Assembly: GCA_964413645.1 (NCBI GenBank)
Contig: CAYPSA010000005.1
Coordinates: 2,820-66,819, forward strand
Length of the DNA stretch: 64,000 bases
Direction of reading: 5' to 3'
DNA from: an uncultured Gammaproteobacteria bacterium
Lineage (GTDB): Bacteria > Patescibacteriota > Microgenomatia > UBA1406 > HO2-37-13b
How positions within the stretch are numbered: the first letter of the stretch is position 1; each line of letters opens with the position of its first letter. Below are positions 51,901 to 57,160 of this stretch, piece after piece. The position numbers and the translations under genes are program-made. The notes under the pieces were generated by a model. That model ran no database searches. It was not told the origin of the DNA and saw nothing but the letters and a program-made list of their open reading frames with translations.

Positions 51901-54900
51901 TCACGCTTGCCGGAGCATTCACTGCAAATAGCACGGCGGTACTTAACGGAGCAGTCACTCTCGGAGATGTTGCGGCTGATACCGTAACTGCAAATGCAGG
52001 CGTATGGTCATTTGCAAATGCCACAACGGTAAATCTTGCGGATAGCGCTCGTGGAGCATTAAACTTCGAAGGTGGCTTACTTGCGCTCGACACTCTTAAT
52101 AGTAGAATCGGTATTGGCACAACAACCCCAACAACAACGCTTGATGTCGTCGGCACTGGTAAATTTTCAGGCCTTCTCACTGCCAGCTCAGGATTGTCTA
52201 TAAATTCAGAAACAGTTACCGACTTTAGTGGAAGCGGCATTGTTGTTACGGGAAATGCTTTAACAGTGAATCTAACTTCCTCAGGAACCACCGGATCAAC
52301 CTCATCCAACTCAGGACTTGAGGTTGGATCAGCGGGTCTAACACTTCTTAAAGGCTGTGCCGATGGAGAGATTCTTGAATACACGGACGCAGGTGGTTGG
52401 GCATGTGCGGTTGATTCTGATACTGGAAACATTTCTGGATTCACTGATTTCGGAAGCATCGTCGCACTCACCACCACCGCAGACAACCTCGGAGTCGGAA
52501 CATCTTCCCCAACCAACAAGCTCTCAGTCGTCGGTACTGCAGATATTTCTGGAAACTTGGGAGTTGGTACAACCACTCCTGCATACAAACTTGATGTTGC
52601 GGGTAATACTAATCTCTCATCAGGCTCCACCTACAAAATCAATGGAACCGATGTTCTTTCAGCCTCAGGACTTGGTGTTGGAGTCACGGCCTCATCACTC
52701 ACCAGTCTTGGCACACTCGGAAACGTAACAGTTGCCGGAGTTTCTGCCTTAAACGGTGGAATCACGTTTGACAATTCAACCGACACCATTTCTGCCTTCA
52801 CTCTTGGTGGTACCCAAGACGCAGCAACAAACCTAATCGTTAACATTGGCGACAATGGAACAGACTTCATTGCCGGTGGAGGACTTACCCTTGCAGGAGC
52901 ATTCACCGCAAACAGCACAAGCGCATTAAACGGAGGAGTTACATTGGGCGATGCTTCAGACGACACAGTGACCAGCAACGCCGGAATATGGTCATATGCC
53001 AACTCCACAACCATCGACCTCGTTAACAGTGCTCGAAATGCGCTTAACATCGAAGGCGGACTTCTTTCACTCGATACCCTCAACAGCCGAGTTGGTATTG
53101 GTTCAAGCAGCTCACTTGCCGGACTTGATGTACAAACAACCGCATGGCTTCGAGGAGCAGTTGCAGGTACATCAGGACTATACGTAAACGGATCTGGAAA
53201 TGTAGGTATCGGAATCACCATGCCGCAAAACAAACTCGATGTATCTGGTTCTGTGGCATTTGGCTCATTACCAACCAATCAGCTTCCACAAGCAAATTCT
53301 GCTTACTTCTCAGGAAATGTTGGAATTGGAACAACTAATCCACAAGCAAATCTTAATGTAGCTAACAACTCCCTTTCTACCGGAACCGGTCTATTGGTCA
53401 GCTCAACATCAACATCATTCTCATCGGGCAAACTTGCAAGTATCGATTGGAGTCCATCATCAGCAACTACAGCAACGGGCGATGTACTTTCGGTTAATGT
53501 AGGTGTCAATGGAGTAGTCGGTAACATTTTCAATGTTATGGATGGTGGTTCGAGTGTCTTCTCGGTTAGTCAAAGTGTTATAACGGCAGGATTGCCAGTC
53601 AACTTTACAGCACCTGGCGATGTCGGAATCGCCTATGACTTATTATTTAGCAACCAAACAGCTTCAAATATTAAATCATATGGGCCGCTTACCATCGAAT
53701 CAGGCGAAAGTTTCGAATCGAATTATTTGACGCTCAAAACATACAATTCTGGACAAATAGTCTTTGATGCACCAGGAGGAATTCTATTGGCACAAGCACA
53801 GCCATGGACACTAGCTACTAGCGCACAAGCACTTAATATCCAAAATGGATTGCTTAATCTCGACACAACGAATAGTCGAGTTGGAATCGGAACAAGTAAT
53901 CCACTTGCTGGTTTTGATGTTCATAATACCGCATGGCTTCGAGGAGCAGCTTCAGGTGCATCAGGACTGTATGTAAATGGATCGGGAAATGTAGGGATTG
54001 GAACAAGCGCACCTAAGAATAAATTAGATGTTTCCGGATCAGTCGCATTTGGCTCGTTACCAACCAATCCACTTCCACAAGCCAACAGTGCCTATTTCTC
54101 AGGAAATCTCGGTATTGGAACAACAAATCCTGGATATAAGTTAGACGTAGCCGGTACAGTAAACATATCATCAGGCTCCACCTACAAAATCAATGGAACC
54201 GATGTTCTTTCAGCCTCAGGACTTGGTGTTGGAGTCACGGCCTCATCACTCACCAGTCTTGGCACACTCGGAAACGTAACAGTTGCCGGAGTTTCTGCCT
54301 TAAACGGTGGAATCACGTTTGACAATTCAACCGACACCATTTCTGCCTTCACTCTTGGTGGTACCCAAGACGCAGCAACAAACCTAATCGTTAACATTGG
54401 CGACAATGGAACAGACTTCATTGCCGGTGGAGGACTTACCCTTGCAGGAGCATTCACCGCAAACAGCACAAGCGCATTAAACGGAGGAGTTACATTGGGC
54501 GATGCTTCAGACGACACAGTGACCAGCAACGCCGGAATATGGTCATATGCCAACTCCACAACCATCGACCTCGTTAACAGTGCTCGAAATGCGCTTAACA
54601 TCGAAGGCGGACTTCTTTCACTCGATACCCTCAACAGCCGAGTTGGTATTGGTTCAAGCAGCTCACTTGCCGGACTTGATGTACAAACAACCGCATGGCT
54701 TCGAGGAGCAGTTGCAGGTACATCAGGACTATACGTAAACGGATCTGGAAATGTAGGTATCGGAATCACCATGCCGCAAAACAAACTCGATGTATCTGGT
54801 TCTGTGGCATTTGGCTCATTACCAACCAATCCGCTTCCACAATCCAACAGTGCCTATTTCTCAGGAAATGTAGGTATTGGAACAACCAACCCAGGATTTG

Positions 54901-57110
54901 GATTGGAAGTAAATGGAACAGCACGAGTTAATGGAGCGGTAACATTTGGAGATGCATCGAGTGATACGGTTACATCAACAGCAGGTGCATGGACATTCTC
55001 AAATGCATCAACATTCGATCTTGCAAATTCTCAATTAAATGCGCTTAACTTTGAATCAGGCTTGCTCAATATCGACACATCTGGTTCTACCGTTGGTATT
55101 GGAACAACTGTTCCTACTGCAAAATTAAGTGTGCTACAAACCGGATCAGCAAACGCATTCTTAGTACAAGATGTTGCGAGCGACACAACACCATTTGTAA
55201 TCGATGCAAGCGGACGAGTTGGAATTGGAACCACCACTCCAAGTGACAGTATATCATTGGAAGTCGTAGGCGACACGCGCTTGGGTGGTAATATTTCTCG
55301 AAATGCCCATGGTTCTAACAATCTTAATGACCAGGGAAGCATTTCGCCAAACGGTGGGTTTGAAGGTCTAACGGCATCAGGCGCAAACTTGCCTGATGAC
55401 TGGGCTGATGTCGATTCAGGAGCTACCGTAAGTACAACCCAAGTTGCACAAGGAGACCGATCATTGCGCATGTCATCATTAAACGATGAAGTTATGAGTA
55501 CGTGTTATCCGGCGACTGGTGGAAATACCTTGAACTTTAATATGTCTTCCTATTTAACATCAGGTGATACTACGCGATTACGTATGAGAGAATATACAAC
55601 ACTTGCAAACTGTACGGCGAATACAAGTCCTACAACAACCGACACAACTGCATGTACGGGCGTTGGAGCTTCACCAGTATGGGCTACATGTAGCGCTGCT
55701 CAAGTACTTGTTGCTGGAACACGATGGATGCGTACTGGAATATATTTTCATACGAAATCAAGTACGCACGTATATGTAGACTCAGTTAGAGTGACCCAAA
55801 ACGCACTTACAAATGGTCTTGATTTAGCAGAAACATATCCTGCGGCAAAAGCTGATGGAATTAAAGTTGGTGAGATCGTATCGTTTGGAAGAGCTAACAA
55901 GCAAGTCGGCGCAGACGTGAATAATGTCACTCGATCATCAAAAGCATATGATAATTTGGCCTTTGGAATTGTTTCTACTAAGCCAGGAATCGTGCTCGAT
56001 GACCAAGGTGCAAGTGAGAAAGTTCAAGTAGCCCTTAAAGGTCGAGTTCCGGTGCTCGTTTCAACTGAAAATGGACCAATCAAAATCGGCGATCCAATTG
56101 TTGCTTCAAGCAAGCCGGGTGTGGGTATGAAAGCTACTAAAGCTGGAAAGATATTAGGATACGCCATGACCGAGTTTGTAAATACTGATCCATCAGTAAT
56201 TGATCAAGTTATCGTATTCGTTGAAAGCTCATGGTTTGATCCAAGCTTGGCTTTGGGAAGCACGGGCGATGTTAATGGAGTGGCTTCAACTTATGCTAGC
56301 TTAAGCCCAAATAATACTGATGACGTTGCAAAAGACTTGGTTAAAATTAGTAGTGATTTTGAAAAGCTTACCCTTTCGATGAATGCGCTTGATAGTAAGG
56401 TTGAAGGTGTGGAGGGTGAAGTTGGTAAACTCAGCAGTGAAAATACATCGCTTACCGCTCGACTTTCAAGTCTTGAAGATAAATTAAAGCAACTTGAAGA
56501 AGGTGGAGCAGTTCTAGGAATTGGATCGACTAATCCACAGCTTTCAGGCGAATCTATTGCAAGTGCTTCAGCCGCTCTTGATGACGCCGATTCACTTATT
56601 GACGGCACAGAGTCTAAGCTCTCTGAGCTCACCGTGACTGGCTTGGCTAAACTTAACAACTTGAATGTAATTGGCGACGCCACATTTGGAATGATGCAAA
56701 TCGTGGGAATTGATCCAAATGATGGATCGAACATTGACACTATAGCCGGTCCATTACGACTACAAGCAACTGCACTTAATGATTTAGATATTATGAATGG
56801 CAAAGTTTTGGTAACAACCGATGGAAATATTATTACAAAAGGCCAAATTACTGCTAAAAAATTGAACATTAGTACTCAAGATGATGCTGAAGATAACAGT
56901 GTCGGTGTGGCTAAATTGCTTAAAGGAACCAAAAAGGTAATTGTGAAGACAACTGCAATCACTGCAAAGTCACATGTGTTTGTAACGCCAAAGACATTGC
57001 TCGATTATCCATTAGTTGTAACTGTTCTTGAGCCTCAAACCTCATTTACGGTTGAAGTGAAATCGAGTGAAGATAAAGATGTCGAATTCGACTGGTTCAT
57101 TGTGAACTAA
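39930..57110 (+). CDS. Giant (5,726-aa) membrane-anchored, Gly/Thr/Ser-rich mosaic-repeat fibre/adhesin-like surface protein
   Basis: One uninterrupted 17,181-nt ORF with an N-terminal hydrophobic anchor (ILAGLVLLVSSTVASL). About 14.6 kb consists of shuffled repeat modules. The non-repeat C-terminus has a jelly-roll/CBM-like segment, a coiled coil and a conserved terminal domain ending FDWFIVN. Confidence 0.85.
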   Translation: MNHFFQQTASILAGLVLLVSSTVASLPEKFHDFTSKFSYKPPVTSPAKKKTAQSQKSFPAVLAATIDRTKTGVTFTIPAFFKDLVTLDSSLEVNGPSTFNDKVTLTNQDLDLGTGELTASNVLYGLTAGNGILISEGQTPEIKLDLNVVSSISGRTGDVDLEEGSGISIDGLEITNSDKGSAQNIFKTFSVSGQSDIVANSNTSKLTFVAGEGTVLTTDATAKTLTITSNFNNSGWVDEGAIIRLSGISDSVGIGTSSPANKLSVVGNTDISGNLGIGTTTPAYKLDVAGNANLSSGSTYKINGADVLSASGLGVGVTASSLTSLGTLGNVTVTGTSALNGGITFDNATDTISAFTAGGTINLANNLITNVGNAGTDFTASGGLTLAGLLTASSGISLDAETVTDFSGNGIVVTSNSLFVNLTTSSNTGATSSNSGLEVGTAGLTLLKGCSDGELLKYTDAGGWACSTDIDTTSGSASGFTDFGSIVALITSADNLGVGTSSPTNKLSVVGTADISGNLGVGTTTPGYKLDVAGNANLASGFTYKVNGNDVLSGTTLGVGVTSSSLTQLGALGNLTVTGAIVGNGGLTLAAGQTLNVNSDAITDLTGNGIVLSGGTLTVGLTSSGTTGSSSSNSGLEVGSAGLTLLKGCSDNELLKYTDASGWACAIDIDTTGANLAGFTDFGSIVALTTTADNLGVGTSSPTNKLSVVGTADISGNLGIGTTAPAYKLDVAGNVNLSTGSTLKINGTDVLSASGLGVGVTASSLTSLGTLGNVTVTGVSALNGGITFDSTTDTISAFTAGGTINMATNIITDIGNSGTDFTGAGGLNLAGLLTALSGVSINSETVTDFSGSGISVSGNALTVNLTSSGTTGSTSSNSGLEVGSGGLTLLKGCTDGELLKYTDAGGWACATDTDTNTNTSGFTDFGSIVALTTTADNLGVGTSSPTNKLSVVGNTDISGNLGVGTTTPAYKLDVAGSTNLSSGSTYKINGTDVLSASGLGVGVTASSLTSVGPLGNLTVTGAIVGNGGLTLATGQTFTMNGDAFTDLTGSGIIISGNALTIGLTTSGTTGSTSSNSGLEVGSAGLTLLKGCTDGELLKYTDAGGWACSADIDTDTNSAGFTDFGSIVALTTTADSVGIGTSSPANKLSVVGTADISGNLGIGTTTPAYKLDVAGSANLSTGSTYKINGTDVLSGSTLGSGITASSLTSVGTLTNLGVGNSGAFGGGILVGGETLTDFTGNGVTLSSGALTVNLTSSGTTGSTSSNSGLEVGSAGLTLLKGCTDGELLKYTDAGGWACATDSNSGNVSGFTDFGSIVALTTTADNLGVGTSSPTNKLSVVGTADISGNLGIGTTTPAYKLDVAGNTNLSSGSTYKINGTDVLSASGLGVGVTASSLTSLGTLGNLTVTGAIVGNGGLTLAAGQTLNFNSDAITDLTGNGIVLSGGTLTVGLTSSGTTGSTSSNSGLEVGSGGLTLLKGCIDGELLKYTDAGGWACATDTDTNTGNISGFTDFGSIVALTTTADNLGVGTSSPTNKLSVVGTADISGNLGIGTTTPAFKLDVAGSANLSSGSTYKINGTDVLSGNTLGSGITASSLTSVGTLTNLGVGNSGSFGGGLLVGGQTLTNFTGNGVTLSSGALTVNLTTSGTTGSTSSNSGLEVGSGGLTLLKGCTDGELLKYTDASGWACAADTDTDTNTSGFTDFGSIVALTTTADNLGVGTSSPTNKLSVVGTADISGNLGVGTTTPAYKLDVVGSANLSAGSTYKINGTDVLSASGLGVGVTASSLTSLGTLGNVTVTGTSALNGGITFDSSTDTISAFTAGGTIDLATNLITNIGNAGTDFVAGGGLTLAGAFTANSTSALNGATTLGDAAADTVTSNAGVWSFTNATTVDLADSSRQALNFESGLFNLDTLNGRVGIGTTTPTQKLDVVGNVNVSSGSTYKIAGTDVLSGNTLGAGITTSSLTSVGTLTNLGVGNSGSFGGGILVGGETLTDFTGNGVTLSSGALTVNLTTSGTTGSTSSNSGLEVGSGGLTLLKGCTDGELLKYTDASGWACATDTDTNTGNISGFTDFGSIVALTTTTDNLGVGTSSPTNKLSVVGTADISGNLGVGTTTPAYKLDVAGNTNLSSGSTYKINGTDVLSGNTLGSGITASSLTSVGTLTNLGVGNSGAFGGGLLVGGQTLTNFTGNGVTLSSGALTVNLTTSGTTGSTSSNSGLEVGSGGLTLLKGCSDGEILKYTDAGGWACAADVDNDTNSSGFTDFGSIVALTTTADNLGVGTSSPTNKLSVVGTADISGNLGVGTTTPAYKLEIIGTGRLSGLLTASAGVSINSETVTDFSGSGIAVTGNALTVNLATSGTTGSTSSSSGLEVGAGGLTLLKGCNDGEILKYTDAGGWACVADVDNDTNNSGFTDYGSIVALTTTADSVGIGTSSPANKLSVVGSADVSGSFGIGTTAPAYNLEVIGTGRVSGLLTASSGVSINGETVTDLSGSGIVLTGNALTVNLTNSGTTGSTSSNSGLEVGSGGLTLLKGCSDGEILKYTDAGGWACAADVDNDTNSSGFTDFGSIVAMTTSADNLGVGTSSPTNKLSVVGTADISGNLGVGTTIPAYKLDVVGSANLSSGSTYKINGTDVISASGLGVGVTASSLTSLGTLGNVTVAGVSALNGGITFDNSTDTISAFTAGGTIDLATNLITNIGNAGTDFVAGGGLTLAGAFTANSTSALNGAVTLGDASSDTVTSNAGVWSFTNATTVDLADNARGALNFEGGLLALDTLNSRIGIGTTTPTQKLDVVGNVNVSSGSTYKINGTDVLSGNTLGAGITASSLTSVGTLTNLGVGNSGSFGGGLLVGGQTLTNFTGNGVTLSSGALTVNLTTSGTTGSTSSNSGLEVGSGGLTLLKGCTDGELLKYTDAGGWACAADTDTDTNTSGFTDFGSIVALTTTADNLGVGTSSPTNKLSVVGNADISGNLGVGTTTPAYKLDVAGNTNLSSGSTYKINGTDVISASGLGVGVTASSLTSLGTLGNLTVAGTSALNGGITFDNSTDTISAFTAGGTIDLATNLITNIGNAGTDFSAGGGLTLAGAFTANSTTALNGATTLGDAAADTVTSNAGVWSFTNATTVDLADSSRGALNFEGGLLALDTLNSRIGIGTTTPTQKLDVAGNVNISSGSTYKINGTDVLSASGLGVGVTASSLTSLGTLGNVTVTGTSALNGGITFDSATDTISAFTAGGTIDLATNLITNIGNSGTDFIAGGGLTLAGAFTANSTSALNGAVTLGDASSDMVTSNAGVWSFTNATTVDLADNARGALNFEGGLLALDTLNSRIGIGTTTPTQKLDVVGNVNVSSGSTYKIAGTDVLSGNTLGAGITASSLTSVGTLTNLGVGNSGSFGGGLLVGGQTLTNFTGNGVTLSSGALTVNLTTSGTTGSTSSNSGLEVGSGGLTLLKGCTDGELLKYTDASGWACATDTDTNTGNISGFTDFGSIVALTTTADNLGVGTSSPTNKLSVVGTADISGNLGVGTTTPAYKLDVAGSANLSTGSTYKINGTDVLSASGLGVGVTASSLTSLGTLGNVTVTGTSALNGGITFDSSTDTISAFTAGGTIDLATNLITNIGNAGTDFVAGGGLTLAGAFTANSTSALNGATTLGDAAADTVTSNAGVWVFSNATTVDLADSSRGALNFEGGLLVLDTLNSRIGIGTTTPTQKLDVVGNVNVSSGSTYKINGTDVLSGNTLGSGVTASSLTSVGTLTNLGVGNSGAFGGGLLVGGQTLTNFTGNGVTLSSGALTVNLTASGTTGSTSSNSGLEVGSGGLTLLKGCSDNELLKYTDASGWACAVDIDTTGANVSGFTDFGSIVALTTTADNLGVGTSSPTNKLSVVGNADISGNLGIGTTTPAYKLDVAGNTNLSSGSTYKINGTDVISASGLGVGVTASSLTSLGTLGNVTVTGTSALNGGITFDSATDIISAFTAGGTINMATNIITDIGDAGTDFIAGGGLTLAGAFTANSTAVLNGAVTLGDVAADTVTANAGVWSFANATTVNLADSARGALNFEGGLLALDTLNSRIGIGTTTPTTTLDVVGTGKFSGLLTASSGLSINSETVTDFSGSGIVVTGNALTVNLTSSGTTGSTSSNSGLEVGSAGLTLLKGCADGEILEYTDAGGWACAVDSDTGNISGFTDFGSIVALTTTADNLGVGTSSPTNKLSVVGTADISGNLGVGTTTPAYKLDVAGNTNLSSGSTYKINGTDVLSASGLGVGVTASSLTSLGTLGNVTVAGVSALNGGITFDNSTDTISAFTLGGTQDAATNLIVNIGDNGTDFIAGGGLTLAGAFTANSTSALNGGVTLGDASDDTVTSNAGIWSYANSTTIDLVNSARNALNIEGGLLSLDTLNSRVGIGSSSSLAGLDVQTTAWLRGAVAGTSGLYVNGSGNVGIGITMPQNKLDVSGSVAFGSLPTNQLPQANSAYFSGNVGIGTTNPQANLNVANNSLSTGTGLLVSSTSTSFSSGKLASIDWSPSSATTATGDVLSVNVGVNGVVGNIFNVMDGGSSVFSVSQSVITAGLPVNFTAPGDVGIAYDLLFSNQTASNIKSYGPLTIESGESFESNYLTLKTYNSGQIVFDAPGGILLAQAQPWTLATSAQALNIQNGLLNLDTTNSRVGIGTSNPLAGFDVHNTAWLRGAASGASGLYVNGSGNVGIGTSAPKNKLDVSGSVAFGSLPTNPLPQANSAYFSGNLGIGTTNPGYKLDVAGTVNISSGSTYKINGTDVLSASGLGVGVTASSLTSLGTLGNVTVAGVSALNGGITFDNSTDTISAFTLGGTQDAATNLIVNIGDNGTDFIAGGGLTLAGAFTANSTSALNGGVTLGDASDDTVTSNAGIWSYANSTTIDLVNSARNALNIEGGLLSLDTLNSRVGIGSSSSLAGLDVQTTAWLRGAVAGTSGLYVNGSGNVGIGITMPQNKLDVSGSVAFGSLPTNPLPQSNSAYFSGNVGIGTTNPGFGLEVNGTARVNGAVTFGDASSDTVTSTAGAWTFSNASTFDLANSQLNALNFESGLLNIDTSGSTVGIGTTVPTAKLSVLQTGSANAFLVQDVASDTTPFVIDASGRVGIGTTTPSDSISLEVVGDTRLGGNISRNAHGSNNLNDQGSISPNGGFEGLTASGANLPDDWADVDSGATVSTTQVAQGDRSLRMSSLNDEVMSTCYPATGGNTLNFNMSSYLTSGDTTRLRMREYTTLANCTANTSPTTTDTTACTGVGASPVWATCSAAQVLVAGTRWMRTGIYFHTKSSTHVYVDSVRVTQNALTNGLDLAETYPAAKADGIKVGEIVSFGRANKQVGADVNNVTRSSKAYDNLAFGIVSTKPGIVLDDQGASEKVQVALKGRVPVLVSTENGPIKIGDPIVASSKPGVGMKATKAGKILGYAMTEFVNTDPSVIDQVIVFVESSWFDPSLALGSTGDVNGVASTYASLSPNNTDDVAKDLVKISSDFEKLTLSMNALDSKVEGVEGEVGKLSSENTSLTARLSSLEDKLKQLEEGGAVLGIGSTNPQLSGESIASASAALDDADSLIDGTESKLSELTVTGLAKLNNLNVIGDATFGMMQIVGIDPNDGSNIDTIAGPLRLQATALNDLDIMNGKVLVTTDGNIITKGQITAKKLNISTQDDAEDNSVGVAKLLKGTKKVIVKTTAITAKSHVFVTPKTLLDYPLVVTVLEPQTSFTVEVKSSEDKDVEFDWFIVN
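52617..53280 (+). repeat. 664-bp perfect direct repeat, copy A (partner 54168-54831; offset 1551 bp = 517 codons)
   Basis: A line-by-line comparison of 52617-53280 with 54168-54831 shows no mismatch. The flanks diverge at 52616/54167 and at 53281/54832. Identical 63-aa track ORFs at 52996 and 54547 confirm the match. Confidence 0.9.
54168..54831 (+). repeat. 664-bp perfect direct repeat, copy B
   Basis: See copy A. Confidence 0.9.
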
Positions 57111-57160
57111 GCCTCTTGAATTTAGCTCCTCATTTCAGTACCCTTATTTAAATTGTATAT

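Larger units (their letters stand above)
40650..55290 (+). repeat. Intragenic mosaic tandem-repeat region of the giant ORF
   Basis: GFTDFGSIVAL-started units recur at irregular spacings of roughly 450, 570, 600, 730, 1100 and 1640 bp, built from a few module types. There are dozens of G[IV]GT[ST]xPxxKL[SD]V[VA]G motifs, and many stretches over 100 bp are identical at the DNA level. Confidence 0.9.

Noticed and set aside
40650-55290. Regular DNA repeats, considered as a possible CRISPR array or satellite
   Set aside because: The repeats are in-frame coding modules of hundreds of bp with no short repeat/unique-spacer alternation. No cas genes are in the window.
39944-56869. More than 30 long minus-strand ORFs (up to 518 aa, e.g. 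51074-52630, 43478-44623, 48329-49360) tiling the antisense strand of the giant gene
   Set aside because: They are antisense shadows of one continuous plus-strand frame. The Gly/Thr/Ser/Ala-rich repetitive codon content rarely produces stops on the opposite strand. Their products are low-complexity (PVKSV..PTSRPEL..), lack start contexts, and break wherever the plus frame does not. The single 5,726-aa frame explains the region more simply.
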